From an uncultured Pseudomonadota bacterium (lineage in GTDB: Bacteria > Vulcanimicrobiota > Vulcanimicrobiia > Eremiobacterales > Eremiobacteraceae), in the NCBI GenBank assembly GCA_963736005.1, contig CAVTNB010000003.1, positions 256,001-320,000 of the forward strand: a stretch of 64,000 nt of DNA, in the 5' to 3' direction. The position numbers and the translations under genes were made by a program. The notes beneath the pieces are model-generated. The model saw only the letters and a list, made by a program, of their open reading frames with translations, made no database searches and was not told the DNA's origin. Below, in pieces: positions 19,537-29,613 of the stretch; the stretch's first letter is position 1, and each line of letters starts with the position of its first letter.

Positions 19537-20039
19537 TCGCGCTTTTTTGGATCTGTGCTGTTGTCCTTGTCGTCACCGGCATCGCTGTGATTTCGAGCAA
19601 GCATCCGGTGCATTCGGTCATCGCTCTCATCGTCAACTTCAGCGCTCTGGCCGTGCTGTTCTTGACGCTCAATGCTGAGTTCTTGGCCATGATTCAAATC
19701 ATCATTTACGCTGGCGCCATCTTGGTGCTCTTCTTGTTTGTCATCGCGCTTTTGACCATCGGGAATCAGGCCATCGAACTCGCTCCCGGCAGGTTGAGCT
19801 TTCAGGCGGTGCCGTCAATTGTGGCCGGGATTGCGGCGCTTGCTCTCCTGTTCGCCGGCGTTCGGGGGGCGCAGGTTGGGGCGTATCAACCGACGCCGAG
19901 CGACTTCGGACTCGTCGCGACATTCGGCACCGCGCTTCTGACGACGCACCTGTTTGCCTTCGAAGTGACGGGGTTCGTGCTGCTCATCGCGGTCATCGGC
20001 GTTGTGGTCATGGCTGGTAGAAAGGAGGTTCGCTTCTAG
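19533..20039 (+). CDS. nuoJ: NADH-quinone oxidoreductase subunit J
   Basis: AEFLAMIQIIIYAGAILVLFLFVI; operon position. Confidence 0.93.
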   Translation: MIALFWICAVVLVVTGIAVISSKHPVHSVIALIVNFSALAVLFLTLNAEFLAMIQIIIYAGAILVLFLFVIALLTIGNQAIELAPGRLSFQAVPSIVAGIAALALLFAGVRGAQVGAYQPTPSDFGLVATFGTALLTTHLFAFEVTGFVLLIAVIGVVVMAGRKEVRF

Positions 20040-20354
20040 GTGGGCATCGCGCAGGTTCCACTTGCGGACTATCTGACGGTTTCTGCCGCGATCTTTGTCA
20101 TCGGTGTCATCGGCTTTTTGCTGCGGCGCAACCCGATCATCATGCTCATGGCCATCGAACTTATGTGGAACGCCGGCAATCTTGCTTTCGCCGCGTTTGC
20201 GCGGCATTTCATCGACATGTCAGGCCAGGTGTTCGTTTTTATCGTCATCACCGTCGCGGCGGCGGAGGCGGCGATTGCGCTCGCCATCGTGGTCATGGTA
20301 TTCCGGCGCCGACCTGACGCCGACGTTGATGAGATTTCCGTGATGAGGGGTTGA
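20040..20354 (+). CDS. nuoK: NADH-quinone oxidoreductase subunit K
   Basis: RRNPIIMLMAIELM and VAAAEAAIALA. Confidence 0.94.
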   Translation: MGIAQVPLADYLTVSAAIFVIGVIGFLLRRNPIIMLMAIELMWNAGNLAFAAFARHFIDMSGQVFVFIVITVAAAEAAIALAIVVMVFRRRPDADVDEISVMRG

Positions 20355-22297
20355 TGGAAGGATACCTTCGCACCGCACCCTTCACCATTTTGTTCTTGCC
20401 GCTGTTCGGTATGATGGTCATCGCGCTCGTTGGCCCGCGCGTGCATCGAATCGGTGCCGCGGTTATCGGAAACCTCTCGATTCTCGGGGCGTTCGTTTTG
20501 ACGGCCGTGCTCGCATGGACCGTTTGGCGGCTGCCACCTGATACACAAGTGCTCACCGTGAAGTATCCACCCGCGTGGGCCGCGCACCCGCAGTTTTGGG
20601 CTCATATTCCACCGCTGACCATTTCGTTCGAGCTGCGCATTGATTCTCTAGCCCTCGTGTGGATGCTCATCATCACGGGCGTCGGTTTTCTCATTCATCT
20701 GTATTCGGTTGGTTACATGGCAGACGCAAAGGGGTATCGCACCTTCTTTGCCTACATGAACCTGTTCGTTTTTACCATGCTGCTGCTCGTGATGGCGGGC
20801 AATTTTTTGTGGCTGCTCGTCGGCTGGGGCGGCGTCGGGTTGGCCTCGTACCTGCTGATCGGGTTTGATGCCGATCGCCCAGCAGCGGTCCTCGCCGCCC
20901 GCAAAGCGCTCATCATGAACGTCATCGGCGACGTCGGCATCATGATCGCTCTCTTTCTTCTCTATGCGCATTTCGGCAGTTTATCGTACAAGGAAGTCTT
21001 CGGCAACGTGACAAGCGCAAGTCAAAGCGCGCTCAACTGGATCGGGATCTGGCTGCTCTTAGGCGCGGTCGCTAAATCGGCCCAACTGCCGCTGCAAACT
21101 TGGCTGCCAGATGCAATGGAGGGCCCCACGCCGGTCAGCGCCTTGATCCACGCCGCGACGATGGTCACGGCCGGCGTCTATTTAATAGCGCGCGCGCATC
21201 CCATTTACGATCATGCGCCGATTGCCGCCACGACGGTGGCGGTGATCGGTTGCGCCACTGCCTTCTTTGCAGCCACCATCGGCACGGTGCAGTACGATAT
21301 CAAACGCGTGCTGGCGTACTCGACGATGAGCCAGATCGGCTATATGGTGCTCGCGGTTGGCGTGGGCGCCTATGCGGCCGGAACCTTTCATTTCATCACC
21401 CACGCGTTTTTCAAGGCGCTGCTTTTTATGGCCGCCGGCATCATCATTCACAACCTTGGCGGCGAGCAAGATATCCGAAAGATGGGAGGCCTGGCTCGAC
21501 GCATGCCGCTTGCTTTCTGGACCTTCCTTATCGGCACGCTTGCCATCTCTGGCATCTATCCGTTCGCCGGTTTCTTTTCTAAAGATGCCATCTTCGATCA
21601 ACTCCTCGCTTCGCATCACCCCGTCCTCTGGGCGTTCGCGGTTGCGACTGCGCTCTTAACAGCGTATTACATGCTCCGGTTGCTCTTCTTGACGTTTTTT
21701 ACCGGGGAGTACCGCGGCGAACACGAGCCTCACGCTGACCGGTCCTTTACGATGATGATCCCGACAGTTATTCTCGCGTTGCTCTCCGTTGTCGGGGGTT
21801 GGCTTGTCTTGCCTGGACACGACGCCATTTCAAGCACGCTCGCCCCTGCATTCGCCGATAGTGGAAAGCTTCCGCGCATGGGCCAGATCAATTGGTTCGT
21901 CACTTCCATTGCCACGCTGGTGGCGGTCCTGGGCTTTGGCGCCGCATATGTCCTGTACCAACGAGGGGCGGAGATTCGCGTGAGACTCAGCACGGCGTTG
22001 CGTCCGTTGCGCGCGCTGTTGTTCAATGCCTATTATATCGACACGATCTATCACTGGCTGTTTGAGGTGCCGGCCTTGACGCTTGCTTCGGACGTGGCAC
22101 GCTACATCGACCCTGAAGGCGTAGGGGGTGTCACCGCCGGCGTTGCCCGCGCCGCAACCGGAGTTGGCGATGCCATGCGCGGTTGGGAGACTGGCTATCT
22201 GCGCCGCTACGGGCTCAGCATGGTCATCGGTATGGTGCTCGTGCTTGCTTTCTATTTGTATCTCGCGCACGGCGGCATCGCAGCGGGAATGAAGTGA
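20354..22297 (+). CDS. nuoL: NADH-quinone oxidoreductase subunit L
   Basis: KSAQLPLQTWLPDAMEGPTPVSALIHAATMV and HAFFKALLF motifs. Confidence 0.95.
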   Translation: MEGYLRTAPFTILFLPLFGMMVIALVGPRVHRIGAAVIGNLSILGAFVLTAVLAWTVWRLPPDTQVLTVKYPPAWAAHPQFWAHIPPLTISFELRIDSLALVWMLIITGVGFLIHLYSVGYMADAKGYRTFFAYMNLFVFTMLLLVMAGNFLWLLVGWGGVGLASYLLIGFDADRPAAVLAARKALIMNVIGDVGIMIALFLLYAHFGSLSYKEVFGNVTSASQSALNWIGIWLLLGAVAKSAQLPLQTWLPDAMEGPTPVSALIHAATMVTAGVYLIARAHPIYDHAPIAATTVAVIGCATAFFAATIGTVQYDIKRVLAYSTMSQIGYMVLAVGVGAYAAGTFHFITHAFFKALLFMAAGIIIHNLGGEQDIRKMGGLARRMPLAFWTFLIGTLAISGIYPFAGFFSKDAIFDQLLASHHPVLWAFAVATALLTAYYMLRLLFLTFFTGEYRGEHEPHADRSFTMMIPTVILALLSVVGGWLVLPGHDAISSTLAPAFADSGKLPRMGQINWFVTSIATLVAVLGFGAAYVLYQRGAEIRVRLSTALRPLRALLFNAYYIDTIYHWLFEVPALTLASDVARYIDPEGVGGVTAGVARAATGVGDAMRGWETGYLRRYGLSMVIGMVLVLAFYLYLAHGGIAAGMK

Positions 22298-22298
22298 C

Positions 22299-23843
22299 AT
22301 GCTGATCGATACCGTCATTTTCTTGCCCTTGGCCACTGCGCTTGTCCTCATGCTTGTGCCTCGCCAAGCCACCGCAGCGCAAAAAGGCATCGCGTTTGCG
22401 GGCGCACTCGCAACATTTTTCTTGTCGCTTACTTTTCTCACGCTCGGCGTCGGGACTGCAGCCGATCAGTCGGTGCCATGGATTTCGGGCACGTGGGTCG
22501 CCGCCTACCACGTGCGCGTCGACGCGCTCCGCCTGTTCTTCGTGCTTCTCACCACGCTCGTCGGCGTTGCGTGCGTGTGGGCGGCATTTTCGTATGCCCA
22601 GCAGCCCCGGCTGCGCGGCTATCTGTGTCTGATCTTGGCGTTTGAAACCACGCTACTCGGATTGTTCACCGCCGCAGATTTGCTGCTCTTTTACATCTAT
22701 TGGGACTTGATGCTCATTCCCGTCTTCTTGCTCCTTACCGGCTTTTCTGGCACGCAAGCGGCGCGACGAGCAGCCTGGAGCTACCTCATTTACAATGGCG
22801 CGGGCGGGCTCGTGCTGTTGCTTGGGATCATTGCGCTGGTCACGCAAACGCACACCTTCGAACTGGGTGGGAGCGCGCTAAACCTGAGCCCTCAATTGGA
22901 GTGGTGGATCTTCGCAGCCTTTGCGATTGCGTTCCTCATCAAGACACCGGCCTTCCCCTTCCACAGCTGGATGCCGCCGACGTACACGCACGCACCCCCG
23001 CCAGTGGTTGCGATGGTGTCAGGCGTGCAAAGCAAAGCAGGGCTTTTCGGCCTGCTCGCCTTCGCGCTTCCGCTTTTTCCGCACGCAGCCCAAGCCTGGG
23101 CGCCACTGCTGCTCGTGCTCGGGGTAGCGAGCATCTTGTACGGGGCGCTTGCCGCCATGGGCGAACAAGACGCAAAGACGCTGGTAGCGTTCTCGTCGCT
23201 GTCGCATCTTGGTCTCGTGTGGCTCGCGCTCTTCGCGTTTGACATCACCTCGATTTCGGCTGGTATTTTGATGATCGTCAGCCACGGCTTGATCGCCGCC
23301 GCACTCTTTCTGTTGCTTGGCTTCATTGAAGAACGGGTCGGCACGCGCGATCTGGCGCGATTCGGAGGGATGAGCCACCGAGCGCCGCGTTTGGCCGTGA
23401 TGATGCTCATCGCCGCAATGGCTGCGCTGGGATTGCCCGGGCTTTCCGGCTTTGCGGGTGAGTTTCTGATCCTCATCGGAAGTTGGCAGACTCAGCCTCT
23501 CGCTACAAGTTTTGCCCTCATTTCAGTCGTGCTTGCGTGCGTGTACATGCTCAAGCTTTTTCAAAGCACCATGCACGGTCCCGAGCGAGTGCCGCACCCC
23601 GGTGCCGCGCTCGAACTGCGCGCGAGGGAAGCGTGGCTCGTGGCGCCGCTGCTCGCCGCGATCGTTTTCCTGGGCGTGTGGCCTGGCTGGCTCAACGACC
23701 GAACCCCCAATGTCGTCGCGCGCATCCATTCGCGAGTGAATGTAGCAGCGGACCTTCAGGTCCGCTTGGCGCGAATTCATTTAGTTCCCAATGTCGTCGC
23801 GCGAATTTATTCGCGCGCGCACGACGTAGGACACGAACTATGA
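22299..23843 (+). CDS. nuoM: NADH-quinone oxidoreductase subunit M (with REP-derived C-terminal extension)
   Basis: IKTPAFPFHSWMP, AFSSLSHLG and GLPGLSGFAGEF motifs; the tail after GVWPGWL is repeat-derived. Confidence 0.93.
   Translation: MLIDTVIFLPLATALVLMLVPRQATAAQKGIAFAGALATFFLSLTFLTLGVGTAADQSVPWISGTWVAAYHVRVDALRLFFVLLTTLVGVACVWAAFSYAQQPRLRGYLCLILAFETTLLGLFTAADLLLFYIYWDLMLIPVFLLLTGFSGTQAARRAAWSYLIYNGAGGLVLLLGIIALVTQTHTFELGGSALNLSPQLEWWIFAAFAIAFLIKTPAFPFHSWMPPTYTHAPPPVVAMVSGVQSKAGLFGLLAFALPLFPHAAQAWAPLLLVLGVASILYGALAAMGEQDAKTLVAFSSLSHLGLVWLALFAFDITSISAGILMIVSHGLIAAALFLLLGFIEERVGTRDLARFGGMSHRAPRLAVMMLIAAMAALGLPGLSGFAGEFLILIGSWQTQPLATSFALISVVLACVYMLKLFQSTMHGPERVPHPGAALELRAREAWLVAPLLAAIVFLGVWPGWLNDRTPNVVARIHSRVNVAADLQVRLARIHLVPNVVARIYSRAHDVGHEL
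23712..23817 (+). repeat. REP-C / REP-B / REP-C cluster inside the nuoM 3' end
   Basis: Degenerate REP-C at 23712-23736; REP-B at 23742-23766, identical to nuoG 17632-17656; REP-C at 23793-23817 with 1 mismatch to the array copy. Confidence 0.85.
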
Positions 23844-25267
23844 CCAGCGTCGCCGGCGTGAGCATCTCCTGGCCCGTGCTTGCACCCATCGTCGTGCTGA
23901 CCGTCGGCGGGTTGCTCATCATGATCGTCGATCTTCTGAGCCGATCGGCATCCAAGGCTTTGCTGTACGGGATTGGCATCTTGAGTTGCATCGGCGCCTT
24001 TGTCATGCTGCTACCGCTTCAAGGACAATCGACAACAACGCTTGCAGGAGCGTTCGCCAGCGATCGATTCTCGTGGCTTTTCGATATCGTCTTGCTGCTG
24101 ACACTCGCCATCACGTTCTTGCTCTCTTCGCTACAGAAGTCGGAAGATGGGGGCAGCCCCGGATCTTATGCTGCTCTGTTGGTCTTTTGCACGATCGGTG
24201 GCATGGTCATGGCTGGCGCAAATAACCTCATCATCATTTTCTTGGGGATCGAACAGCTTTCGTTGGCCCTCTACGTGCTCGCAGGCACGGGTTTTCCGCG
24301 TGAAGCATCGCAGGAAGCGGCGCTCAAATACGTTTTGCTTGGATCGCTCGCCTCAGGCTTCCTTATTTTTGGCTCAGCGCTTCTGTACGGATCCGCGGGT
24401 GGAGTTGGTCTCGCGGCGCTACGTACGGCGGCGGTGAATCCCAGCGGATTGTTCTTCATCGGCTTTGCGCTCTTTCTCGTGGGGCTCGCGTTCAAGCTCG
24501 CCCTCGCACCCTTTCATACGTGGGTGCCTGACGTCTACGAAGGCTCGCCACTCGCGATCACCGGCTTCATGGCGGTCGCGGTCAAGGCGGCCGCGTTTGC
24601 CGTGCTAGCCCGAATCGTGTATGTCGTTGTTGGCCATGACTCGGTCGCGCTCGTGCCGCTGTGGACCATCGCGATTCTGTCGATGCTCGTTGGCAATCTC
24701 GGCGCAATCCGCCAGCGCAATCTCAAGCGACTCTTAGGCTACTCGAGCATCGCGCAAGCCGGCTATCTTGTCGTCGCTTTCGCGGGCGTCAGTCGCGATG
24801 GGCTGAACGCCCTGTTGTTTTACCTCGTGGCATACGCCCTGACCACGCTCGGAGCATTCGCGGTGATGGCGTTGTTGGGCGATGGCTCCGATTCATACGC
24901 AAACCTCGAAGCGTACCGTGGCTTGCATTTTCGTCGACCCTGGCCGGCTGCGGCCATGGCGCTTTTCTTTTTCTCGCTCGCCGGGATACCAGCAACGGCT
25001 GGGTTCTATGGCAAGATCTTGCTGTTGGAACAAGGGCTGAGTGCGGGACCATGGGGTTTCGCGATGGCGATCGCGCTCGTTTTCGGCACGCTCGTGTCAT
25101 TCTATGTTTATGGCAAGGTTGTCTGGGACATGTACTCGTACGTCGAAGACGAAGCTGCGCAGCCCACTGGCAATTCGCTGGCACCGTGGGTGGCGGTAGC
25201 CGCGGGTGCGTTGGGCACGATCATGTTTGGCGTCTTGCCCCAGGCATTTCATATCCTACAAATGTAG
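23840..25267 (+). CDS. nuoN: NADH-quinone oxidoreductase subunit N
   Basis: EAALKYVLLGS, FKLALAPFHTWVPDVYEG and LKRLLGYSSIAQAGY motifs; ATGA overlap with nuoM. Confidence 0.95.
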   Translation: MTSVAGVSISWPVLAPIVVLTVGGLLIMIVDLLSRSASKALLYGIGILSCIGAFVMLLPLQGQSTTTLAGAFASDRFSWLFDIVLLLTLAITFLLSSLQKSEDGGSPGSYAALLVFCTIGGMVMAGANNLIIIFLGIEQLSLALYVLAGTGFPREASQEAALKYVLLGSLASGFLIFGSALLYGSAGGVGLAALRTAAVNPSGLFFIGFALFLVGLAFKLALAPFHTWVPDVYEGSPLAITGFMAVAVKAAAFAVLARIVYVVVGHDSVALVPLWTIAILSMLVGNLGAIRQRNLKRLLGYSSIAQAGYLVVAFAGVSRDGLNALLFYLVAYALTTLGAFAVMALLGDGSDSYANLEAYRGLHFRRPWPAAAMALFFFSLAGIPATAGFYGKILLLEQGLSAGPWGFAMAIALVFGTLVSFYVYGKVVWDMYSYVEDEAAQPTGNSLAPWVAVAAGALGTIMFGVLPQAFHILQM

Positions 25268-25323
25268 GGCGGATAATTCGTCGTCGCTTTCGCTGGCTGT
25301 TTTGCCGCTCATGAGGTCACGTT

Positions 25324-25701
25324 TTGAGACTGCGTCCGCTGGTTGCCTTGCTCGCCATGCTGGCAATCGGCGCGTGTTCATCGCTCGTCAGGCACGCTGC
25401 GCAAGAGCTTGCACCGACTCCGCTCCCCATTGCAACCGGGGACTACCCGATGCTCGGCCATGCTGCAGATTTCTCGTGGATTGCCGGCAGGCTGGAGCGC
25501 AGTCTTTCCTGTACGTATCTGCGTTTTGGTTCGCCAAAGCGTGCGCCATGGGGCGGACGGATCGCGCTCGGGGCTACGCCAGATCAAGTCGGCCGATTAC
25601 CCGATGGCGACACCGTCGTAGTGAAAGGCGACCTCACACCCATCGCGTACGGCACGTGCGGGTCACCATCGTATCTTATGCGCTCGATCGAGGAGCATTA
25701 G
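25324..25701 (+). CDS. Hypothetical lipoprotein
   Basis: Signal peptide with lipobox-like IGAC. Confidence 0.55.
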   Translation: MRLRPLVALLAMLAIGACSSLVRHAAQELAPTPLPIATGDYPMLGHAADFSWIAGRLERSLSCTYLRFGSPKRAPWGGRIALGATPDQVGRLPDGDTVVVKGDLTPIAYGTCGSPSYLMRSIEEH

Positions 25702-25709
25702 AGAGGCCC

Positions 25710-26156
25710 TTACGTGCTGGTCGGGGCTGGCACGTTGCGGTGATGGTGGTGCGTGCCTGTCATCGTCCCTGACGAGTTGCTCATCGAGTTTGTCATGCTC
25801 CCACCGTTGCCACCGCCGGCGAGGTGATAGCCGTGTGCGTTCGCCGCTGCCATGCACATATATTGACCGTTCTTGGTGCGCCCGTACCAAGGATCGCCTT
25901 GCTCGTGGTACACATGGGTATTGAGATTGACCCACACAATTTGACTCTTGCAATCAAGATTTGCGGGAATGGGCGCCGCTTGCCCCGCAGCTCCGTTCAT
26001 GGCTTGGCCAGCTGCGTTCGCAGCTTGGCCAGTCGCCGTCGCGGTGCTGTTGGCTGCGTTTTGTCCGCTGCCTCCACCACCGCAACCGCTCGCCACCACT
26101 CCCACACAGAGGAGCACGACGGTGAGAAGCGGAGCGGAAAACTTGCGCTGAAACAT
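25710..26156 (-). CDS. Hypothetical lipoprotein with small VWVN..H..WYG..G.YMC domain
   Basis: Lipobox ASGC; conserved-looking VWVNLNTHVYH..WYGRTKNGQYMC segment; His-rich tail. Confidence 0.7.
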   Translation of the reverse strand: MFQRKFSAPLLTVVLLCVGVVASGCGGGGSGQNAANSTATATGQAANAAGQAMNGAAGQAAPIPANLDCKSQIVWVNLNTHVYHEQGDPWYGRTKNGQYMCMAAANAHGYHLAGGGNGGSMTNSMSNSSGTMTGTHHHHRNVPAPTST

Positions 26157-26314
26157 CGAGTTTCCTTTCCATGGGGGATGAAACGAAAAGTCTTCGCGAT
26201 AGGGAATCGCGAGTGCTCGGTGGTTTGCGCCGGCAACGTCAATCCCCTGGCCAGCGACCGAGGTGCAAACGCCCTCGGGGAAAAATACGAGCGGACTAAA
26301 AGGAGGGTTCCTTA

Positions 26315-26554
26315 ATGGTTAATCGCGCACAATTTCTCGCCACGATGATCGCGCTTGCGAGCGCAGCGTTCGGCGTTATCGCAGCGCTTGCATGGAACAC
26401 CGCTATCTCCGATCTTATCAAGCAGCTGCTTCCAGGCGGCAAAGGAATCGGCCCGGAGTTCATTTACGCCGCGATTGTCACGGTGATTGGCGTCCTCGTC
26501 ATGGTCAGTCTTGGCAAACTCGCGGAGAAAACCGGCGAAAAAAGCGCCATATAG
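26315..26554 (+). CDS. Small two-TM membrane protein (DUF5654-like)
   Basis: AAFGVIAALAWNTAI motif; strong RBS AAGGAGG. Confidence 0.75.
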   Translation: MVNRAQFLATMIALASAAFGVIAALAWNTAISDLIKQLLPGGKGIGPEFIYAAIVTVIGVLVMVSLGKLAEKTGEKSAI

Positions 26555-26648
26555 AATTCCCATGTCCCTGTGTTTGCTGCTACATTTGCATGTCCCGAAG
26601 GGGCGTCAAACAGGTGGCGCTTCCTTCGCGACCTAATCTGAAACGTGA

Positions 26649-27506
26649 ATGTTAGTGCTGGCACTAATCGCCGCCGTTTTACTGGCGATGCCTTCTGCTG
26701 TGGCAGACCTACCGCAAGCCTCTCCATCGCCCGCCTCACCCGTCCGCAGGGTCGGCGAGAAACTCGACTACAGTTTGCACGCGGTGCTCTCTCAGTCGAT
26801 CGCGGGGAAAGACGCATTCGGGAAAGCGATCAACCAATCGTTGTCTCCCACGAACGTCAAAGGCTTCGAAAGTATCGTCGTCACGAAGATCAACGCCGAG
26901 GGCGTAACGCTCCATCGGCTCGGCACGATCACCGCCACGGTTGATGATGCGAAAGCGGTAACGAAGCCCGGACAGGGTTGGTCGCTCGTCGATGCGCAAG
27001 GCAGAGTCGTGCGCGATTCTGGCAAACTCGGCGGTCTGTTTCTCTTACCGCTTCCCTTCCTCGGTGAGTTAGCTGTCAAAGCTGGTAACGATTTGGCAAT
27101 CGGCGACCAGTGGTCTGGCAAGCTGGGCACAAAACTCTATGGCATGACCTCCCAGCCAGAGCTGCATTTTATCGTTAGCGGCACCCGTTCGGTTCTGGGC
27201 GTTCACGTCTTCACGATCGCGGCAACCGGTACGGTCACGATGAAAGAGCCTGTCATGACCGCGTCCGGCGAAGCCCTCGGCTATGCAGCCGGCACCGCAC
27301 ACATCAGCGCAGAACTCGACTACGATCGAGACAACCGCCGGCTTGTTTCCATGCAGGCCGTCGTGCAAGATACAATGCATTACAGCGGATTCTCAAAGCA
27401 CGCCGGCGGCACCGTTCATGACAACCAAAATTGCTCGGTGGCGCTCGACCCCGCGTCGATGACCCGGACGCTCGGAGGCGCCGACCCACCCGGCCCACCG
27501 CGTTAG
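26649..27506 (+). CDS. Hypothetical secreted protein
   Basis: Signal peptide and beta-rich mature part; no family recognised. Confidence 0.6.
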   Translation: MLVLALIAAVLLAMPSAVADLPQASPSPASPVRRVGEKLDYSLHAVLSQSIAGKDAFGKAINQSLSPTNVKGFESIVVTKINAEGVTLHRLGTITATVDDAKAVTKPGQGWSLVDAQGRVVRDSGKLGGLFLLPLPFLGELAVKAGNDLAIGDQWSGKLGTKLYGMTSQPELHFIVSGTRSVLGVHVFTIAATGTVTMKEPVMTASGEALGYAAGTAHISAELDYDRDNRRLVSMQAVVQDTMHYSGFSKHAGGTVHDNQNCSVALDPASMTRTLGGADPPGPPR

Positions 27507-27546
27507 CGCCCAGACTGGTCTTGGCGGCCTCACGGCCGCGCTGAAA

Positions 27547-29019
27547 TTACGGCTTGGCTATACCCGTCTGTTGGGCCGCCTTGCGTTCCTCGCTGTTGCG
27601 GAAACCATACAGGAAGTACACGGCAAGCCCCACCAGCATCCAAATGCCAAAAACTTCACGCGTCAGTGGCTGCGATCCCAAAAATGCCAGCAACACAGCC
27701 GACGCGACGGCCAGTATGGGCACGAGCGGCACAAACGGCGTGCGGAAGGTGCGCGGCCGGTTGGGTTGTGTTTTGCGCAGCACGAGCAATCCGATCGCGA
27801 CGAAGATGAATGCGCTGAGCGTTCCAAGATTCACGAGATCCAGCTCCCACGTGAGCGGAACGAATCCTGCCACCAAACCAACAATGAGTCCGGTGATCAT
27901 GGTCATTCGAGCGGGCGTGCGAAAGCGCGGGTGAATGACGGCCACGCTCTTCGGCAAGAGACCGTCTCGTGCCATCACAAAGAAGATGCGGCTTTGGCCC
28001 AACAAGCCGGTCAGAATGACCGATGACGTGCCGATCACCGCGCCCGCGATCGTTAACCACGCCCAGCCGCCTTTTCCGACGAACTCCAAAGCGCTCGCAA
28101 GCGGCGTCGCCACATTGATCGCCTGCGAGGGTTGCATGCCCGTAAGCACAATGGCGATGGAGACGTAGAAGAGCGTTCCCAAAGCCAACGAACCCATGAC
28201 GCCCTTAGGCACGTCGCGTTGTGGATCTTTTGCTTCTTCTGCGGCCGTGGTCACCGCGTCGAAGCCGATAAACGCGAAGAAGACGATGAACGCACCGGGG
28301 ATGACGCCAATCGTTCCGATGGCTGAGTGCGTGAGCCACCCGTGCGGCAAGAACGGATGCCAATTCATTGCGTGCACGAAGGGCAGTCCGATGATGATAA
28401 ACGCCACAAGCACGCCCATCTTGAGCACGACCAAGATCGAGTTTGTTCCGGCAGATTCTTTAATGCCGATCGCAAGCAAGACCGAGAACGCGATGACCGA
28501 GAGAAAGGCGATGACGTCGAAGTACGTGTGAGCCCCGGTATCATAAGCACCGGTCGCCCACAAGGGAAGATGTAATCCAACCGAGGCGAGAAAGTTTTGA
28601 ATGTTAGCTGAGAAGGTACTCGCAACCGGCGCCGATGCCATGCCATACTCCCAAATCAGGTTCCATCCAATGATCCAAGCCATGAGCTCGCCGACCGTTG
28701 CATACGTGTAGGTATACGCACTGCCGGCGACTCGCACCATTGAGGCAATTTCCGCGTAGCACAGAGCAGCAAACGCGCTGATCACAGCGGCGATCAAGAA
28801 CGATATGATGACGGCGGGACCCGCCTTGTTGTGCGCCCCATCGCCAATCGTAGCAAAGATGCCCGCGCCAACCATATTGCCGAGGCCGATGGCGATCAGC
28901 GCCCACGGACCTAACGCGCGCCGCAGCGTGAGCCCTGGCGCGTCGTGTTCTTCTTGCGCCAGTGCGCTCATCGAACGCGTGATGAACAATCCCGTACCTT
29001 TTTGCTGTGCAGCGTCCAT
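27547..29019 (-). CDS. APC family amino acid permease
   Basis: GNMVGAGIF, ALCYAEIAS..AGSAYTY and FFAFIGFDAVTTAAEE motifs. Confidence 0.92.
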   Translation of the reverse strand: MDAAQQKGTGLFITRSMSALAQEEHDAPGLTLRRALGPWALIAIGLGNMVGAGIFATIGDGAHNKAGPAVIISFLIAAVISAFAALCYAEIASMVRVAGSAYTYTYATVGELMAWIIGWNLIWEYGMASAPVASTFSANIQNFLASVGLHLPLWATGAYDTGAHTYFDVIAFLSVIAFSVLLAIGIKESAGTNSILVVLKMGVLVAFIIIGLPFVHAMNWHPFLPHGWLTHSAIGTIGVIPGAFIVFFAFIGFDAVTTAAEEAKDPQRDVPKGVMGSLALGTLFYVSIAIVLTGMQPSQAINVATPLASALEFVGKGGWAWLTIAGAVIGTSSVILTGLLGQSRIFFVMARDGLLPKSVAVIHPRFRTPARMTMITGLIVGLVAGFVPLTWELDLVNLGTLSAFIFVAIGLLVLRKTQPNRPRTFRTPFVPLVPILAVASAVLLAFLGSQPLTREVFGIWMLVGLAVYFLYGFRNSEERKAAQQTGIAKP

Positions 29020-29030
29020 CGATCTTCCTT

Positions 29031-29540
29031 CTATGCGGCAGCGTCTTTGGGCGAAAGAATCGGCTCGCCTTCTAGCGGCCAGATGATGCCGACCTGCGGA
29101 TCGCGCCAACTCAAGACGCGCTCGGTTGTCGGGTCGTACAGAGCGTTCATTTTATAGTGAACGATCGTCTCTTCGCTCTGCGCCAGAAAGCCGTGCGCAA
29201 AACCGCGAGGGACGTAGAGTTGGTGGTGGTTGTCCGCCGTCAGTTCGAACCCTTGCCAGCGCCGGTAGGTGGGTGAGTCCTCACGCACGTCCACGATGAC
29301 GTCGAAAATACGGCCCAGCAAGACCTGGACGAATTTGGCCATTCGCATATCGTAGTGCATGCCGCGTAGAACGTTACGTTTGGAATGAGAAACGCTATCC
29401 TGCACCCAGAGATCGTGCAAGCCCAGCGCGGCGTATTTCTCCGTGGAGAAGCTTTCTTTGAAGTAACCCCGCGCATCGTGGTAAACGTCGGGAATGAAAA
29501 GCTTCGCCTCGGCAAAATCTGTGTCGCGGACCTGAATCAT
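29031..29540 (-). CDS. rfbC: dTDP-4-dehydrorhamnose 3,5-epimerase
   Basis: DARGYFKESF, VLRGMHY, VDVREDSPT and YVPRGFAHGF motifs. Confidence 0.92.
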   Translation of the reverse strand: MIQVRDTDFAEAKLFIPDVYHDARGYFKESFSTEKYAALGLHDLWVQDSVSHSKRNVLRGMHYDMRMAKFVQVLLGRIFDVIVDVREDSPTYRRWQGFELTADNHHQLYVPRGFAHGFLAQSEETIVHYKMNALYDPTTERVLSWRDPQVGIIWPLEGEPILSPKDAAA

Positions 29541-29613
29541 TTCGCGCCAAATTCGCACAAGATGCTCGCTTTCCCGCATGGAGATTTGCCGGTCGGCTCG
29601 AACTCGAACCCAA

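Noticed and set aside
23483..23839. Long N-terminal extension of NuoN (and similar extensions of NuoB, NuoC, NuoE, TrxB, CysK, RfbC, Cdh)
   Set aside because: These are ORF-caller extensions to the first possible start. Downstream starts give normal lengths and typical stop/start overlaps.
25264..25290. Fourth REP family at the nuoN stop (GTAGGGCGGATAATTCGTC)
   Set aside because: The palindrome is weak and occurs once in the window. Kept only as a possible degenerate case.
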